A model generated the notes under the pieces. That model was not told the origin of the DNA. It saw only the letters and a program-made list of their open reading frames with translations, and did not search any database. Both the position numbers and the translations under genes were made by a program. From the human T2T-CHM13v2.0 reference genome, Homo sapiens: a stretch of 64,000 nucleotides of DNA. Below are positions 43,046-58,809 of this stretch, piece after piece. The stretch is from assembly GCF_009914755.1 (NCBI RefSeq), contig NC_060937.1. One strand, 5' to 3'. Every line of letters begins with the position of its first letter. Position 1 is the first letter of the stretch.

Positions 43046-43939
43046 TGAACTGAGTAGTTTTATCAGCCTGTTTCTTGCCAGTAAATTCTTGGGACTAGAT
43101 AGCTTCCTTCACTTTTATACTCTATTTACCTTTTATTCCAGACTGGCAGTGTTTCTGCTGACAAAAGTTTTACAAAACTGTTCAGGTTATTTGTAAACTA
43201 CACCACGCTTCAATCCATTCAACAAAAGCGATACCCATTGAATCATTTGGAGACAAGCTTGATCTCCTGGCTGAGATGGCTATGGGGCAATGACCTTAAG
43301 CATCTTGAAGGTCGTCTAGTTTGATAGAGAAGTTCTGTAAAGCACCATCGTACTTTATGTGACTGTGTATGCTGACCTTACAATCTTCCCTAGTTTTCAG
43401 CAAAATTTTGTATAGTCACACATTTAGCTATCTCTCTATTTATATTAAAAAGCAACCACTTAATTTTAACATTTTGCCATTTGGACTGAGAATTTTCTAA
43501 GTCATCACATATTGATTCATTTTTGTTTAACAGTTCTTCCTTCTACTTATCCCTTTTTTAAAAATTATTTTACTATGAACACACTGGAAAAAATCAGGCC
43601 ACACCTCTAACACTTTAGTTAGAAATCTCCTTAGCTTAATAATCACATGTATCACAAATTTGGCTCTCCACATAACTATAGGAGACAATTTTGCTACACT
43701 TTCTATTATTACTTTCTGTCTATATCTTCACTGGTAGCATCTTTAAAATACGTAATCCTATTAAAATTTTGTTCAAGGCAATCAAGACTTTTTTCATATT
43801 CCTCAAAATTTTTTGAGTCCCTACCCACTGCCCAATTCCAAAGCCTTAAATATGCCAAAACTCATTTTTCATATAACAGAATTGTGAAAGGGATATCTCT
43901 CATCATATTCCCAGGTTATGCCCAGAAATAATACAAGGA

Positions 43940-45350
43940 TGTTGGTCTTTGACAGTTATCTTAGATTACTACCTATTTTTAGCTCCCAAAAGTATTACAG
44001 TAGAAACCGTCTTCTATCTCACCCCATCATTTATTCTCCAAGCATTACATTCCAAAATATTTTTTCTTATTATAAGGCAACTATATTGTTTTTTTCTTGA
44101 TTCATCAATTTTAAAAATTAGAGAGTTGTTTCTTCTTTTACTATATGCAGTTTTAACTCTTTTATACCCTCCCCAACTTATTCTTTCCCATTTAATTTTA
44201 AATCTGTAAGTACCACATGCTATAAACTCAAGTATTTTAATATTATTATATTCAAGTATTTTAATTATCCAAGTATTTCATATTAAAATACTTCCCTACA
44301 CCAGATTTTCTAAGTTCTTTTTGTTTTTTAACCTTAATTTGTTATTTAATCCTAATTTTTTCCTCCTATATTGATGTACTCTATTGAGTAGCCGTCTTTT
44401 CCAGGAGTCCCCTGCTCCAATCTGGGCTGATTGATATCTAGTCTTCCTTTGATGCAAAGCTGGATTCCCTAATTCATTATTTTTGTTTTCTGGATCACAC
44501 ATTTTAGTCTCTTTATTTTGATGTTTTCCCTGGCTTGTACTCTTTATTTACCTCTCATTCCAGGCTGGCAGTGTTTTGAATGACAAAAATTTTACCAAAA
44601 CTTTGAAAGCTACATGTTTTACCTTTCTTATTTTACTGGAGCACTTCTACTATATTTCAACGTGTCACTTCCCAAATGCAGGTGTTGACAATGAGATGAT
44701 ATTAAGAGGTGGAGTCTTTAAAGGTGATTAGTCCGTGAGGGCTCCTTCTATATGAATGGGATGAAAGCCTTTATGTAGAGTTTTCATGTAGCATTTAGCT
44801 AGGTAGCACTTCTCTTCTGCCATTTGAAAACACAGCATTTATCCCTTTTGCCTTTACGCCTTCCACCATGTGAGGATGCAGCCAGAAGGCCTTTGCCAGA
44901 CACCAGGCACCAGCACCTTATTCTTGAACTTCCCAGTCTCTAAACTACGAGAAATAAATTTCTGTTCTTATTAGATTACCCAGTCTCAGGTATTCTGTTA
45001 TGGAGGCATAAACTGGACCAAGATTGCATCCCACGAAGGGATGGATGATAAATAGTCTTAGTCTTTACATTTATGAAAATGCTTTAATTATATCCTCAAA
45101 ATTTGCTTACAGTTTTTCTAGGTATAGAAATTTAGGATGAAAATCATTACCCTGTAGAAATGTAGAAGTTTGATTTTGTTGTCTTCTAATATCCAACATT
45201 ACTGTTGACCAATCTGATGTCACCTGATTATTGTTTTATTTGGCCTATTTGTTTTACTCTGCAAGTTTTTGTGGCAATTCCTTAACTCTGATATGATTAT
45301 CTTTTAGTGGGTTTTGTTATTTTTTCATTCTACTAAGCACTCAAAGGAAC
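43940..45350 (-). mobile_element. HAL1 / L1ME-type fragment
   Basis: 'tgaaaatgctttaattatatcctc...ggtatagaaatttaggatgaaaatcatt...ttgtcttctaatatccaacattactgttgaccaatctgatg'. Confidence 0.65.
44650..45023 (+). mobile_element. MST (MSTC/D-like) solo LTR
   Basis: 'aagaggtggagtctttaaaggtgattag...ccaccatgtgaggatgcagc...gagaaataaatttctgttc...ttacccagtctcaggtattctgttat'. Confidence 0.8.
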
Positions 45351-46654
45351 ATTAAATCACCCCAACTATAATACAAATGAAGAAAGTTGTAAGCTGGACA
45401 AGACCATTAGTAGCAAAGTTCACACTCAAAAAACCTTAATTGAGCACTTAGTACTATACTTCATTCAAGCACTGGATGTTTAGGTGAAGGCAAATGAACA
45501 GGCTTATGAAATAAAATTCTAGAAATTAAAAATGCTTAGGGTATTCCAATTTTAGGGAAACCATTTAAAGATTCACTTATAAAAGCAGAAATGAAATTTC
45601 TAAAAAGTTACACCTTAATCCATTACATTTAGTAGGGAAAATGTAATAGGTCTTCTTGGCGAATTCATTTAGTTCCTAGGAAAGTTAAATTTGTGCAAAT
45701 AGATAGATGAAATTCATAAAGATTGGAAAAATAAAATAAAGACTAAGTGGAGTTGATTTACTAGAAAATATTAGGAGATCTGAATATATGTTGTTTGACT
45801 GAGAAATTGCTAAGAAGATAAGAGATGTATTAAGTTGCAGCTGAGCTAACATAGGAAAACTAAGAGAAAAAAGCAATTTCTTGGGTCTGTACAAAGAATT
45901 ACAATTCGTTTTATGGAATTGAGTAAAATATTAATGTGAAGCTCAATATTTGATATAATACATTTTGGGATTTGTAACCATTAAGGAATTTAAAATGATC
46001 ATTCCTCCATTAATAAAGTGTTGCTATCAATCTGAATTCCTCGAATTCTCTCAAGTAAACATAATTAAAATGACTATCATAAAGCATTTAATTTTTTTTC
46101 TTCCAACTTTATCCAATCAAGAATTGATGTGATGTGTGTATGTCTGTGTACTGGGGGCAGAGGGAGGTGGGACAGGGAAGGGCAGAAGAGGAATACAAGG
46201 AGGAGCTTAATTTTATCTAATTTACAAAGCATACCAGTTATCTTTGTTCGTTTAGGCAGACCTTACAATCATATTTATGGACTTTCCTCTAACCAAATAG
46301 AATGCACTTTCTGGAAATCACTGCAGTGGCATCATAATTTTCTATCTTAAAAAATTAAACTCAGTAGCTCTTAGCGGGACCATAAAGTCAGAAAAATAAA
46401 CCAATATGATACACAAAAAAATGATGAAATCCAAGAAAACCGTGTCAGGTCCCAAAAGACAAAATAATTTTACTTTCTTCTGTGAACCACACATTGCACA
46501 AAGAGTTCTTTACAAAAATTACTTTTATATCCTTTCCATTTTGTGTAACAAATACGTATATTTCAATAAACAGATACTGGTAAAGTATACTTGATGTCCG
46601 TCTCTGTTCTCAATCTTGAGAACAATATTGGCTCTCCCTTCAGGACACAGGCGT

Positions 46655-46810
46655 TTCATTCATTCAGCAAATATGTGTTGAGTGTTCATTCTGTGCATGA
46701 AATTTTTTGGGCCCTCTAGCAGGGAAAACAGAAAATGATCCTGTGAACAAATGAAGAAATAATGCTTGCAGATGGCAGTTTAGTGTTCTGAAGGAAAACA
46801 GGATGATATT
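46655..46810 (-). mobile_element. L2 3' end
   Basis: 'ttcattcattcagcaaatatgtgttgagtgttcattctgtgc'. Confidence 0.55.
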
Positions 46811-48610
46811 TATATTTATATAAAGTAAATATAGTAGATTGGAAAAGGAGGAAATTTAGACTTTATAAAGTTTAAGTTTTCAAGAAATGCCTCTGAATTC
46901 ACAAGAAAAGACCTGAATCTTGATGTATTTCTTTTCAGGTAGAGACCTATTATCCATTCTTTTATGAAGAGATACTAATGCTCGAATTTTACAATTATAC
47001 ATGTATTACATATTTTCTGCTAGTATTTAAATTAATTAGTTAAAAATTGTTTATAGCTTTCTATAATATAATAACATTATTCTTAATGCACTTGAAATAG
47101 TTTATTGAAGATAGAACCTTGACTACATACTACCAATTATATTACAATAATTTACTCATGAAAATTGAGTCTTGGCTTACATAATTTAGTCACAATCATC
47201 TGTCTTTTACTGTATGTGATTCAGCCCTCATTTGACCCCCAGGGCAGTCTGTCTACCATGTCAATGTCTTATCCACAGGAGTTCTATTTTATTTTACTTT
47301 TAAGCAGAAAATATAGCATTGGAATTTAGTTTGAACTTGGATATCATTTGTACTGGATTCTGTCTCCCCTGTAAAAAAAATACCAAAAAAAAGTTACAGG
47401 TGATATATATGAAACCAGGGTTTGAATTATAATCTGAAAATAAGTTAATAGATAGGAAACTGAATTATGATATTTGCATACATTTCATATTTTAATGTCT
47501 ATGGAAGAAGAGAATGAGCAGAAGTCAGCTTATACAAGCCTTTATAAAATATCTGGAAAGGAAAATTTGTTGATAGAATTGAGTAGTTAGGCAATATTTG
47601 TGCCTTCAGTTGAATCATGGGAAAACAAATCTTTATGAGTTCTGGAGTTTTGTATTGGTCACCTGGAATCCAAGAAAAATTATGAAAGCACTATTTACAT
47701 GTGAGATAGGAAGTCAGAAAACCCATAGCAAGTGGCTGCCATGAAAATGAGGTGATCATTAGATCAAGGACAACCTTTTATTTATCTAAGGGAATTAGGG
47801 CCAAGTGTTTTATTGGCTTTTGAATAAGATTAAATCTATTGGAAACCTACTGTCTAACTATTCAGTTTTGTTTTAAAGACAGACATAGATATACTAGATA
47901 GATACATAGATCAATAGAGAGATAACTATACATTTACCGTATGGCATATATAATTGTTTTTTCACTAATTAATTTTACTATATGTGCAACAAATGATTAA
48001 TAAACACAAATATGAATTTATTGTAAATGAGTAAATAATTACCAGCATTTATGTCAACTGGCATTCAGTGCAGTGATGGTGTCAAGTTTAATATTAGTAG
48101 CTTTATAAATAAGGATCTAAAATTTTTGATAATTTAAGATACACTGTCAAAAGCACTCTTTCTCTGACTCTATGAGCTGAATTGATAAGTTATTTCACAA
48201 AAACAAAACCCAAAACTCTGGTTCCCTCAGAAATAAAATTCTTGAATTTGAATAAAAATATTTACTTACTTAGTTTATTTTAAAAACACTACAGATCATT
48301 TGATACAAAACGTTTTTGAAGAAAATGTTTATGGTAAGGCCGTGGTTGAATCAGTATCAACATATGAGCCTCATATAGTCTCTACTTACATACAAAGGAA
48401 ACATGGGTTCTTCAGAGCCCATTACACTCTCTCTACTAGACTGGAGTTCTACATAACTGAGAGCTTGTGATGATGATATAAGGAATTTGAGGGGTAGGAA
48501 GAGAACATAAATACCTTGGAATTGCAAAATAAAAATAAAACTAGTAAAAATAAAGTAAAATATGCAAAATTCTAGGAAATACAATGCAATAATATTTGTG
48601 TTAAATTTTC

Positions 48611-48784
48611 TTTTTTCTATTTATTTATTTGTTTATTCATTCATTTATTTTTTGAGGTGGAGTTTCATTCTTGTTGCCCAGGCTGGAGTGCAATGGAGCA
48701 ATCTAGGCTCACTGCAACCTCCACCTCCCGGGTTCAAGTGATTCTCCTGCTGGGATTAAAGGCATGCGCCACCACACCCTGCTA
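48611..48784 (-). mobile_element. Alu right monomer only (5'-truncated AluS) with a short internal deletion
   Basis: TSD atttgtgttaaa(t/g)tttc at 48594-48610 and 48785-48801. 'ctcctgc|tgggatt' lacks the consensus ctcagcctcccgagtag segment. Confidence 0.9.
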
Positions 48785-49639
48785 ATTTGTGTTAAAGTTT
48801 CAATGAATTTAAACTAACTTTAAAAACAAAACAAAACTTTTTTATCCTCTCAATTTGTTAACTAATTCAAGAAGCCCTTAACTATCCTGTGGAGGAGGGC
48901 AGGTTCCTGAAATTCTAGTCTCTTCATGAATAACCCTGTTAACTTTTTCTTATTCCCAGAAGTTTCTTTGTTTGTTTTCTTAACTCTTTGTACACAAAAA
49001 TTCTTGTCTGTCTGGAGACTCTTCAGATGAGGACTTTCTCCTGACATCAAGAAAAAGATTGTGAGCTAGGCCATGCTCTGGTTCAGCAACTGATCATTTT
49101 CTAAATGCTTTTTTAAAATTACTAAAGCATTATTCTTGCAACCTTTTATTTTAAAACCATCATATCTGAGTGGTTCGTGTTATTACAGGTCATTATTTTT
49201 GTCGTTTGCAGTTATCAAATTCTGATTTAATACCTTAATTTAGTCCAGATTTTAGAACTCACTTTAAAGTCATTTTTCTCTCTGTAGCTCTATGTAGCTG
49301 ATTTATTCAATTATATAGTCTAATAGATCCTTGCTTATTTTAATGCCAATGACCTTAACATCACTATAACTACCAAAATACTATAACTCTTTTGAGTTCA
49401 TAGAAATGTTAGACTATGAGATCTACCTCTTCGAACACAGCCTTCTCTCCTTTAATTGATCACATTTCTATAATAATCTGTTTTCATCCCCAACCTATCA
49501 CTTTTTTTCTTGTTTTGCTTCTTTTCTTATACTATGTACACCTTATTATTCATCAGTATAAACATGTAACAAATAAACATTATAAATAATAACAGTAAGA
49601 TCAGTGAACATTGAATGATGATCTATGACATCTATATTT

Positions 49640-50005
49640 ACTCTCCCTACCTCCATCATTGGCATGGCCATATTCCTTGCTTTGGCCAATGGAAAGTAAA
49701 GTAGCAAAAAATGTCATGTCCAAGCAAAAGGCCTTAGAGGCATTGCAAATTTTTACTTAAGTGCTCTCTTTGTGAGTACCACAAGTCTCAGATAGTGGTC
49801 ATTTCTTTAGCCTGAGTTCTGGACTAAAAATCTAGGTAAAAGGGATCTGAAGCTAACTCCAGACTGAAGTCAAACCCAGCAGAAACTAGCCAAGAGAAGC
49901 AGATCCAAGTGGTACAGACTTCTAGCCAACCTACAGGTCCATAATTAATGTTTTTTTTATTGTAAGCCACTGAGAGTTAGAGTTGTTACCACAGCAAAGT
50001 ATATT
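49640..50005 (+). mobile_element. MLT1 (H/J-like) LTR
   Basis: 'cttgctttggccaatggaa...ctttagcctgagttc...ttattgtaagccactgagagttagagttgttaccacagcaaa'. Confidence 0.7.
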
Positions 50006-50014
50006 GTATTAATA

Positions 50015-50128
50015 TAATTTATCCACATTTTACAAATGAGAAAACTAACACTTAAAGTGGTTAAATAATTTTTCAATGTTACAAAATTATTAAATGACAA
50101 AATTTAAACCCAAAACCTAACTTTCAAA
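50015..50128 (-). mobile_element. MIR, truncated at the L1 insertion
   Basis: 'tatccacattttacaaatgagaaaactaacacttaaagtggttaaataa'. Confidence 0.65.
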
Positions 50129-51127
50129 TGAGCTGTTCCAAGATGGCCAAATAGGAACAGCTCTGGTCTGCAGCTCCCAGCATGATGGATGCAGAAGACG
50201 GGTGATTTCTGCATTCCCAACTGAGGTACCTGGTTCATCTCATTGGGACTGGTTGGAAAGTGAGGGCAGCCCATGGAGGGCAATCCAAAGCAGGGCAGGG
50301 CATCACCTCACCCGGGAAGTTCAAGGGGTCAGGGGATTTCCCTTCCCTAGCCAAGGGAAGCCCTGACAGGCTGTACCTGGAAAATCGGGACATTGCCACC
50401 CAAATCCTGCGCTTTTCCAACGGTCTTAGCAAATGGCACACCAGGAGATTATATCCTGTGCCTTGCTCAGCGGTTCCCACGCCCATGAAGCCTTGCTCAC
50501 TGCTAGTGCAAGATCAAACTGCCAGGTGGCAAGCCTAGCTGGGGGAGGGGCGTCCACCTTTGCTGAGGCTCAAGTAGGTAAACAAAGCAGCTAGGAATCT
50601 TGAACTGGGTAGAGCTCACCACAGCTCAAGGAGGCCCACCTGCCTCTGTAGACTCCACCTTTTGGGGCAGGGCAGAGCTGAACAAAAGGCAGCAGAAACT
50701 TCTACAGACTTAAATGTCCCTGTCTGACAGCTCTGAAGAGAGCCATGGATCTCCCAGCATGGTGTTTGAGCTCTGAGAATGGACAAATCTCCTCCTCAAG
50801 TGGGTCCCTGACCCCCGTGTAGCGTAACTTGGAGACACCTCCCAGTAGGGGCCGACTGACACCTCATACAGCCAGGTGCCCCTCTGAGATGAAGCTTCCA
50901 GCAATATTTGCTCTTCTGCAGCCTCCGCTGGTGATACCCAGCCAAACAGAATCTGGAGTGGACCTCCAGCAAACTTCAACAGACCTGCAGCTGAGGGACC
51001 CGACTGTTAAAAGGAAAACTAACAAACAGAAAGGAATAGCATCAACATCAACAAAAAGGACGTCCACACCAAAACCACATCTATAGGTCACCATCATCAA
51101 AGACCAAAGGAAGATAAAACCACAACG

Positions 51128-52170
51128 ATGGGGAGAAACCAGAGCAGAAGAGCTGAAAATTCTAAAAAGCAGAGCCCCACTTCTCCTCCAAAGGATTGCA
51201 GCTCCTCGCCAGCAATGGAACAAAGCAGGACGGAGAATGACTTTGACGTGTTGACAGAAGTAGGCTTCAGAAGGTCGGTAATAACAAACTTCTCCAAGCT
51301 AAAGGAGGATGTTCAAACCCATCACAAGGACGCTAAAAACCTTGAAAAAAGATACAACGAATGGCTAACTAGAATAAACAGTGTAGAGAAGACCTTAAAT
51401 GACCTTAAATGATGGAGAAGACCTTAAATGATGGAGCTGAAAACGATGGAACGAGAACTACCTGATGCATGCACAAGCTTCAGTAGCCAATTTGATCAAG
51501 TGGAAGAAAGGGTATCCATGATGGAAGATCAAATTAATGAAATGAAGAGAAGTTTAGAGAAAAAAGAGTAAAAAGAAACAAACAAAGCCTCCAAGAAATA
51601 TGGGACTATGTGAAAAGACCAAATCTACATTTATTTGGTGTACCTGAAAGTGACAGGGAGAATGGAACCAAGCTGGAAAATACTCTTCAGGATATTATCC
51701 AGGAGAACTTCCCCAACCTAGCAAGGCAGGCCAACATTCACATTCAGGAAATACAGAGAACACCACGAAGATACTCCTCAAGAAGAACATCAGCAAGACA
51801 CATAATTGTCAGATTCATCAAGTTTGAAATGAAGGAAAAAGTTCTAAGGACAGCCAGAGAGAAAGGTCAGGTTACCCATAAAGGGAAGCCCATCAGACTA
51901 ACAGTGGATCTCTCAGCAGAAACCCTACAAGCCAGAAGAGAGTAAGGGCCAATATTCAAAGTTCTTAAAGAAAAGAATTTTCAAACCAGAATTTCATATC
52001 CAGCCAAACTAAGCTTCATAAGTGAAGGAGAATTAAAATCCTTTACAGACAAGCAAATGCTGAGAGATTTTGTCACCACCAGACCCGCCTTACAAGAGCT
52101 CCTGAAGGAAGCTCTAAACATGGAAAGGAAAAACTGGGAACAGCCACTGCAAAAACATACCAAATTGTAA
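51128..52170 (+). pseudogene. L1 ORF1p, disrupted
   Basis: MGRNQSRRAENSK... and KRPNLHLFGVPE...IIQENFPNLARQ fragments lie in different frames with stops. Confidence 0.9.
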
Positions 52171-52230
52171 AGACCATCGATGCTAGGAAGAAACTGCATC
52201 AACTAATGGGCAAAATAAACAGCTAACATA

Positions 52231-56030
<3,800 letters not shown>

Positions 56031-57109
56031 ACAATGAGAACACTTGGACACAGGGCAGGGAACATCACACACCAGGGCCTGTCATGGGGTTAGGGATAGG
56101 GGAGGGATAGCATTAGGAGAAATACCTAATGTAAATAATGAGTTAATGGGTGCACCACACCAACACGACATATGTATACATATGTAACAAACCTGCATAT
56201 TGTGCACATGTACCCTAGAACTTAAAGTATAATGATAATAATAATAATAAAACAAACAAACAAAAAACACCTAAACCTTGGTTTATTCCAGTAGGTACCT
56301 GTAGTGGTGCCATACACCAGCAGCGGTGGGACCAGATGGACTCTGAAGCCCTCCCCTGCAATATCCCTGGGACTCTATGGGTTCTGCCTCCAAATCTCAT
56401 CCAGTTCCACTTCAGCATCTTGACCCAAGGATCAATGAGCCAGGCCAAGTGAAATCTACCAGCCCTCACAGAACACAGACCCCACTTCCTCCATCAACCT
56501 TAGGGGCTACACATCCCAGCCTGCCTCCATGTACCTGTATCTGTTTGATTTCATACTGGAGAATTGTTTCAGTGTCAGCAGGGTCTACACTGGCAGGAAC
56601 TACCTTCTCACTGGAGATTTTGGCCTGAATCACTGCATAGGAAGAGAAAAGAGGGAACGTTTAGCAGCTGGTGAGGGCAACACACCTGAGGTCTGGATGA
56701 TCCAGGGTCCCTGAAGAAGTCTATAGGGCAATTCTTGGTTTTGGTGTGGTCGGGTCATGAGCAATGTGATGTGTGAGAAGGGGGACCTGGAAACGCCTCC
56801 TCTGCAGTCACTGGAAGTTCCAAACCCCTCAGGCTTATTAGGTCCTATAACCGCTAAACTCTTTCTGCCTTTTGAACCAGTTAGTCTGGAGAGCTCTAGT
56901 TCGCCATAGCCATTTGTGCAGTGGGGCACACGGTAGGAGTCAGAGTAGAGAAGGGATGAGGAGCCCCTTCAGGGCAGTTGGTGTGAAGTTTATCTATTGC
57001 TGTGGTCAAGGCCTCTCAGCCTGCCTACAGTTGACATTAGTAAATGTTTATTGAATTCATAAATGTTCTGACCCTGCACTGAGGTATTGCATCTCTTGCG
57101 ATTTGAGCA

Positions 57110-57390
57110 TTAATAACCAAAACTGTTGATGAAGTTCTTCCTCTGTGCCTGGCCTTGCACTAGGCACTAGGCCCATAGATGTGATTAAGACTGGGTCCCC
57201 ATCCTACAGAGCTCTTGATCTAGTGGAGGGCACACTTGTGAAGCACAGCACAGTAGGAGCACTAATATGGTTAGAGATGCTAAGGCAGCACCAAGGAGCC
57301 AGGGAGCCTGCAGAGAAGGGGAGAGATCTAAGTTAGACCTTGAAGGAGGAGTAGGAGTCTGCCAGGAATTTAATGGTGTGAGGGAGGGCC
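57110..57390 (-). mobile_element. L2 fragment (GC-rich copy) truncated at an A-rich tract
   Basis: 'ctctgtgcctggccttgcactaggcactagg...ggtccccatcctacagagctc...ctagtggagg...tctaagttagaccttgaaggaggagtaggagtctgccagg'. Confidence 0.7.
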
Positions 57391-57659
57391 AAAACAAAAA
57401 AAAAACAAAAACAACAACAAAAAAAAACTCTGTTCTCTGTTGTTTTCTGATACACTCAATCAACTTCTCGATTGAAATGGAAAATTTCTAATAAATTCAT
57501 CCATACTCTTTGCTTTCAACATAGTAATCCACATGTAGACTGCTGAATATTTTAAGAAAAAAATTACGTAATTTTTCAGGTAGTTTATGTCACACTACTT
57601 TTATTGTTTCTAATTTATTTTTTGCCTCTAATTTTGTCAGATAATCTTTCTATGTGTTC

Positions 57660-57910
57660 CTCAATAACTCACTCTACACTTCCTTAAGAGGGTTTCCCTA
57701 ATATTTAATAGATTCCTCAATTTTCTAATCTCATCAGTGTTGCAATGTATACTTGGAATATTCCATCTCGTGTAATGTCTCTTCATTATTTGGTACTACT
57801 TACCACTACTCTCTTAGTAAAATTCTGCTCTCCTTTGGCTTCTGTAAAGGTATTTTCATGTTTTCCTCAGTTTTCTGGATGTTCAGCTTTTTATCTATTT
57901 TTTTCTTTCC
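57660..57910 (+). mobile_element. L2 fragment (AT-decayed copy)
   Basis: 'accactactctcttagtaaaattctgctctcctttggcttctg...catgttttcctc'. Confidence 0.45.
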
Positions 57911-57924
57911 ATACAAATGTTCTT

Positions 57925-58200
57925 CATGAAGTCTAAGCTAAGCTGCTATAACATAGAGACCCAAAAATCCACTGGAATCCACTGACTCAAACAAGCTAGA
58001 AATTTATTTCTTGCTGATAGGATAGTTCACAGGTTGCTGTGGGCTGGAGTAGATAGGTAGATGTTCCAAAAGGATATTGAGTAGTCAAGTTTCATTTTAC
58101 CTTCTTGTTTTAACACTTTGATGGGTGTTTCTTCTCTGAATAATTCACCATAAATTTTATATTCCAGGTACTAGTAAAGCAAAAAGAGAGCATAAAAAAT
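57925..58200 (-). mobile_element. MLT1 (J/K-like) LTR fragment
   Basis: 'ctaagctgctataacatagagacccaaaaatc...ctcaaacaagctagaaatttatttcttgct'. Confidence 0.6.
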
Positions 58201-58204
58201 GCAA

Positions 58205-58809
58205 GCAATCAGAACAGAAATAAATCAAGAATACAAAAACTACAGAAAACATAACAATTCCTTTGTTAATCTTGTTAATCTTTTAAAAAACATTTTCAAA
58301 AATAGAATTAGAGGAAATGATTCTAGACACATTTCGTGAGACCAGCATCACCTTGATACCAAAGCCAGACAAAGCGACCACAGAAAATAAAGCTTCAGGA
58401 CAATATCTCTGATGAAAATAGAAAAAAAAATTAATAAAATACTGTCAAATGGAATTCCACAACAGATTATTTCTGGCATTCAAGGCTGATTTAATATACA
58501 GCAATCAACCAATGTGATAGATTGTATTAACAGAATGAAAGATAAAACCTACATGAGCATCTCAATTGACACAGAAAATCATTTGAAAAAATTCAACGTA
58601 CTTCCCTGATAAAAACTAGCCAACAATTTAGGCATCAAAGAAAATCTCCTCAACATAATAAGGGTCATTTATAAAAAGCAGACACAATGGGGATGAGGGC
58701 AGTCTTTTCAAGAAATGGAGTGGAGAAAACTGAGTATCTACATGCAAATGAATAAAAATTGATCCTTATTTTACACCATACACAATAATCAAGTCAAAAT
58801 GGATTAAAG
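58205..58809 (+). mobile_element. Outer L1M ORF2 fragment, left part, internally deleted
   Basis: 'gagaccagcatcaccttgataccaaagccagacaaag', 'catctcaattgacacagaaaatcatttg', ending 'tcaaaatggattaaag'. Confidence 0.8.
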
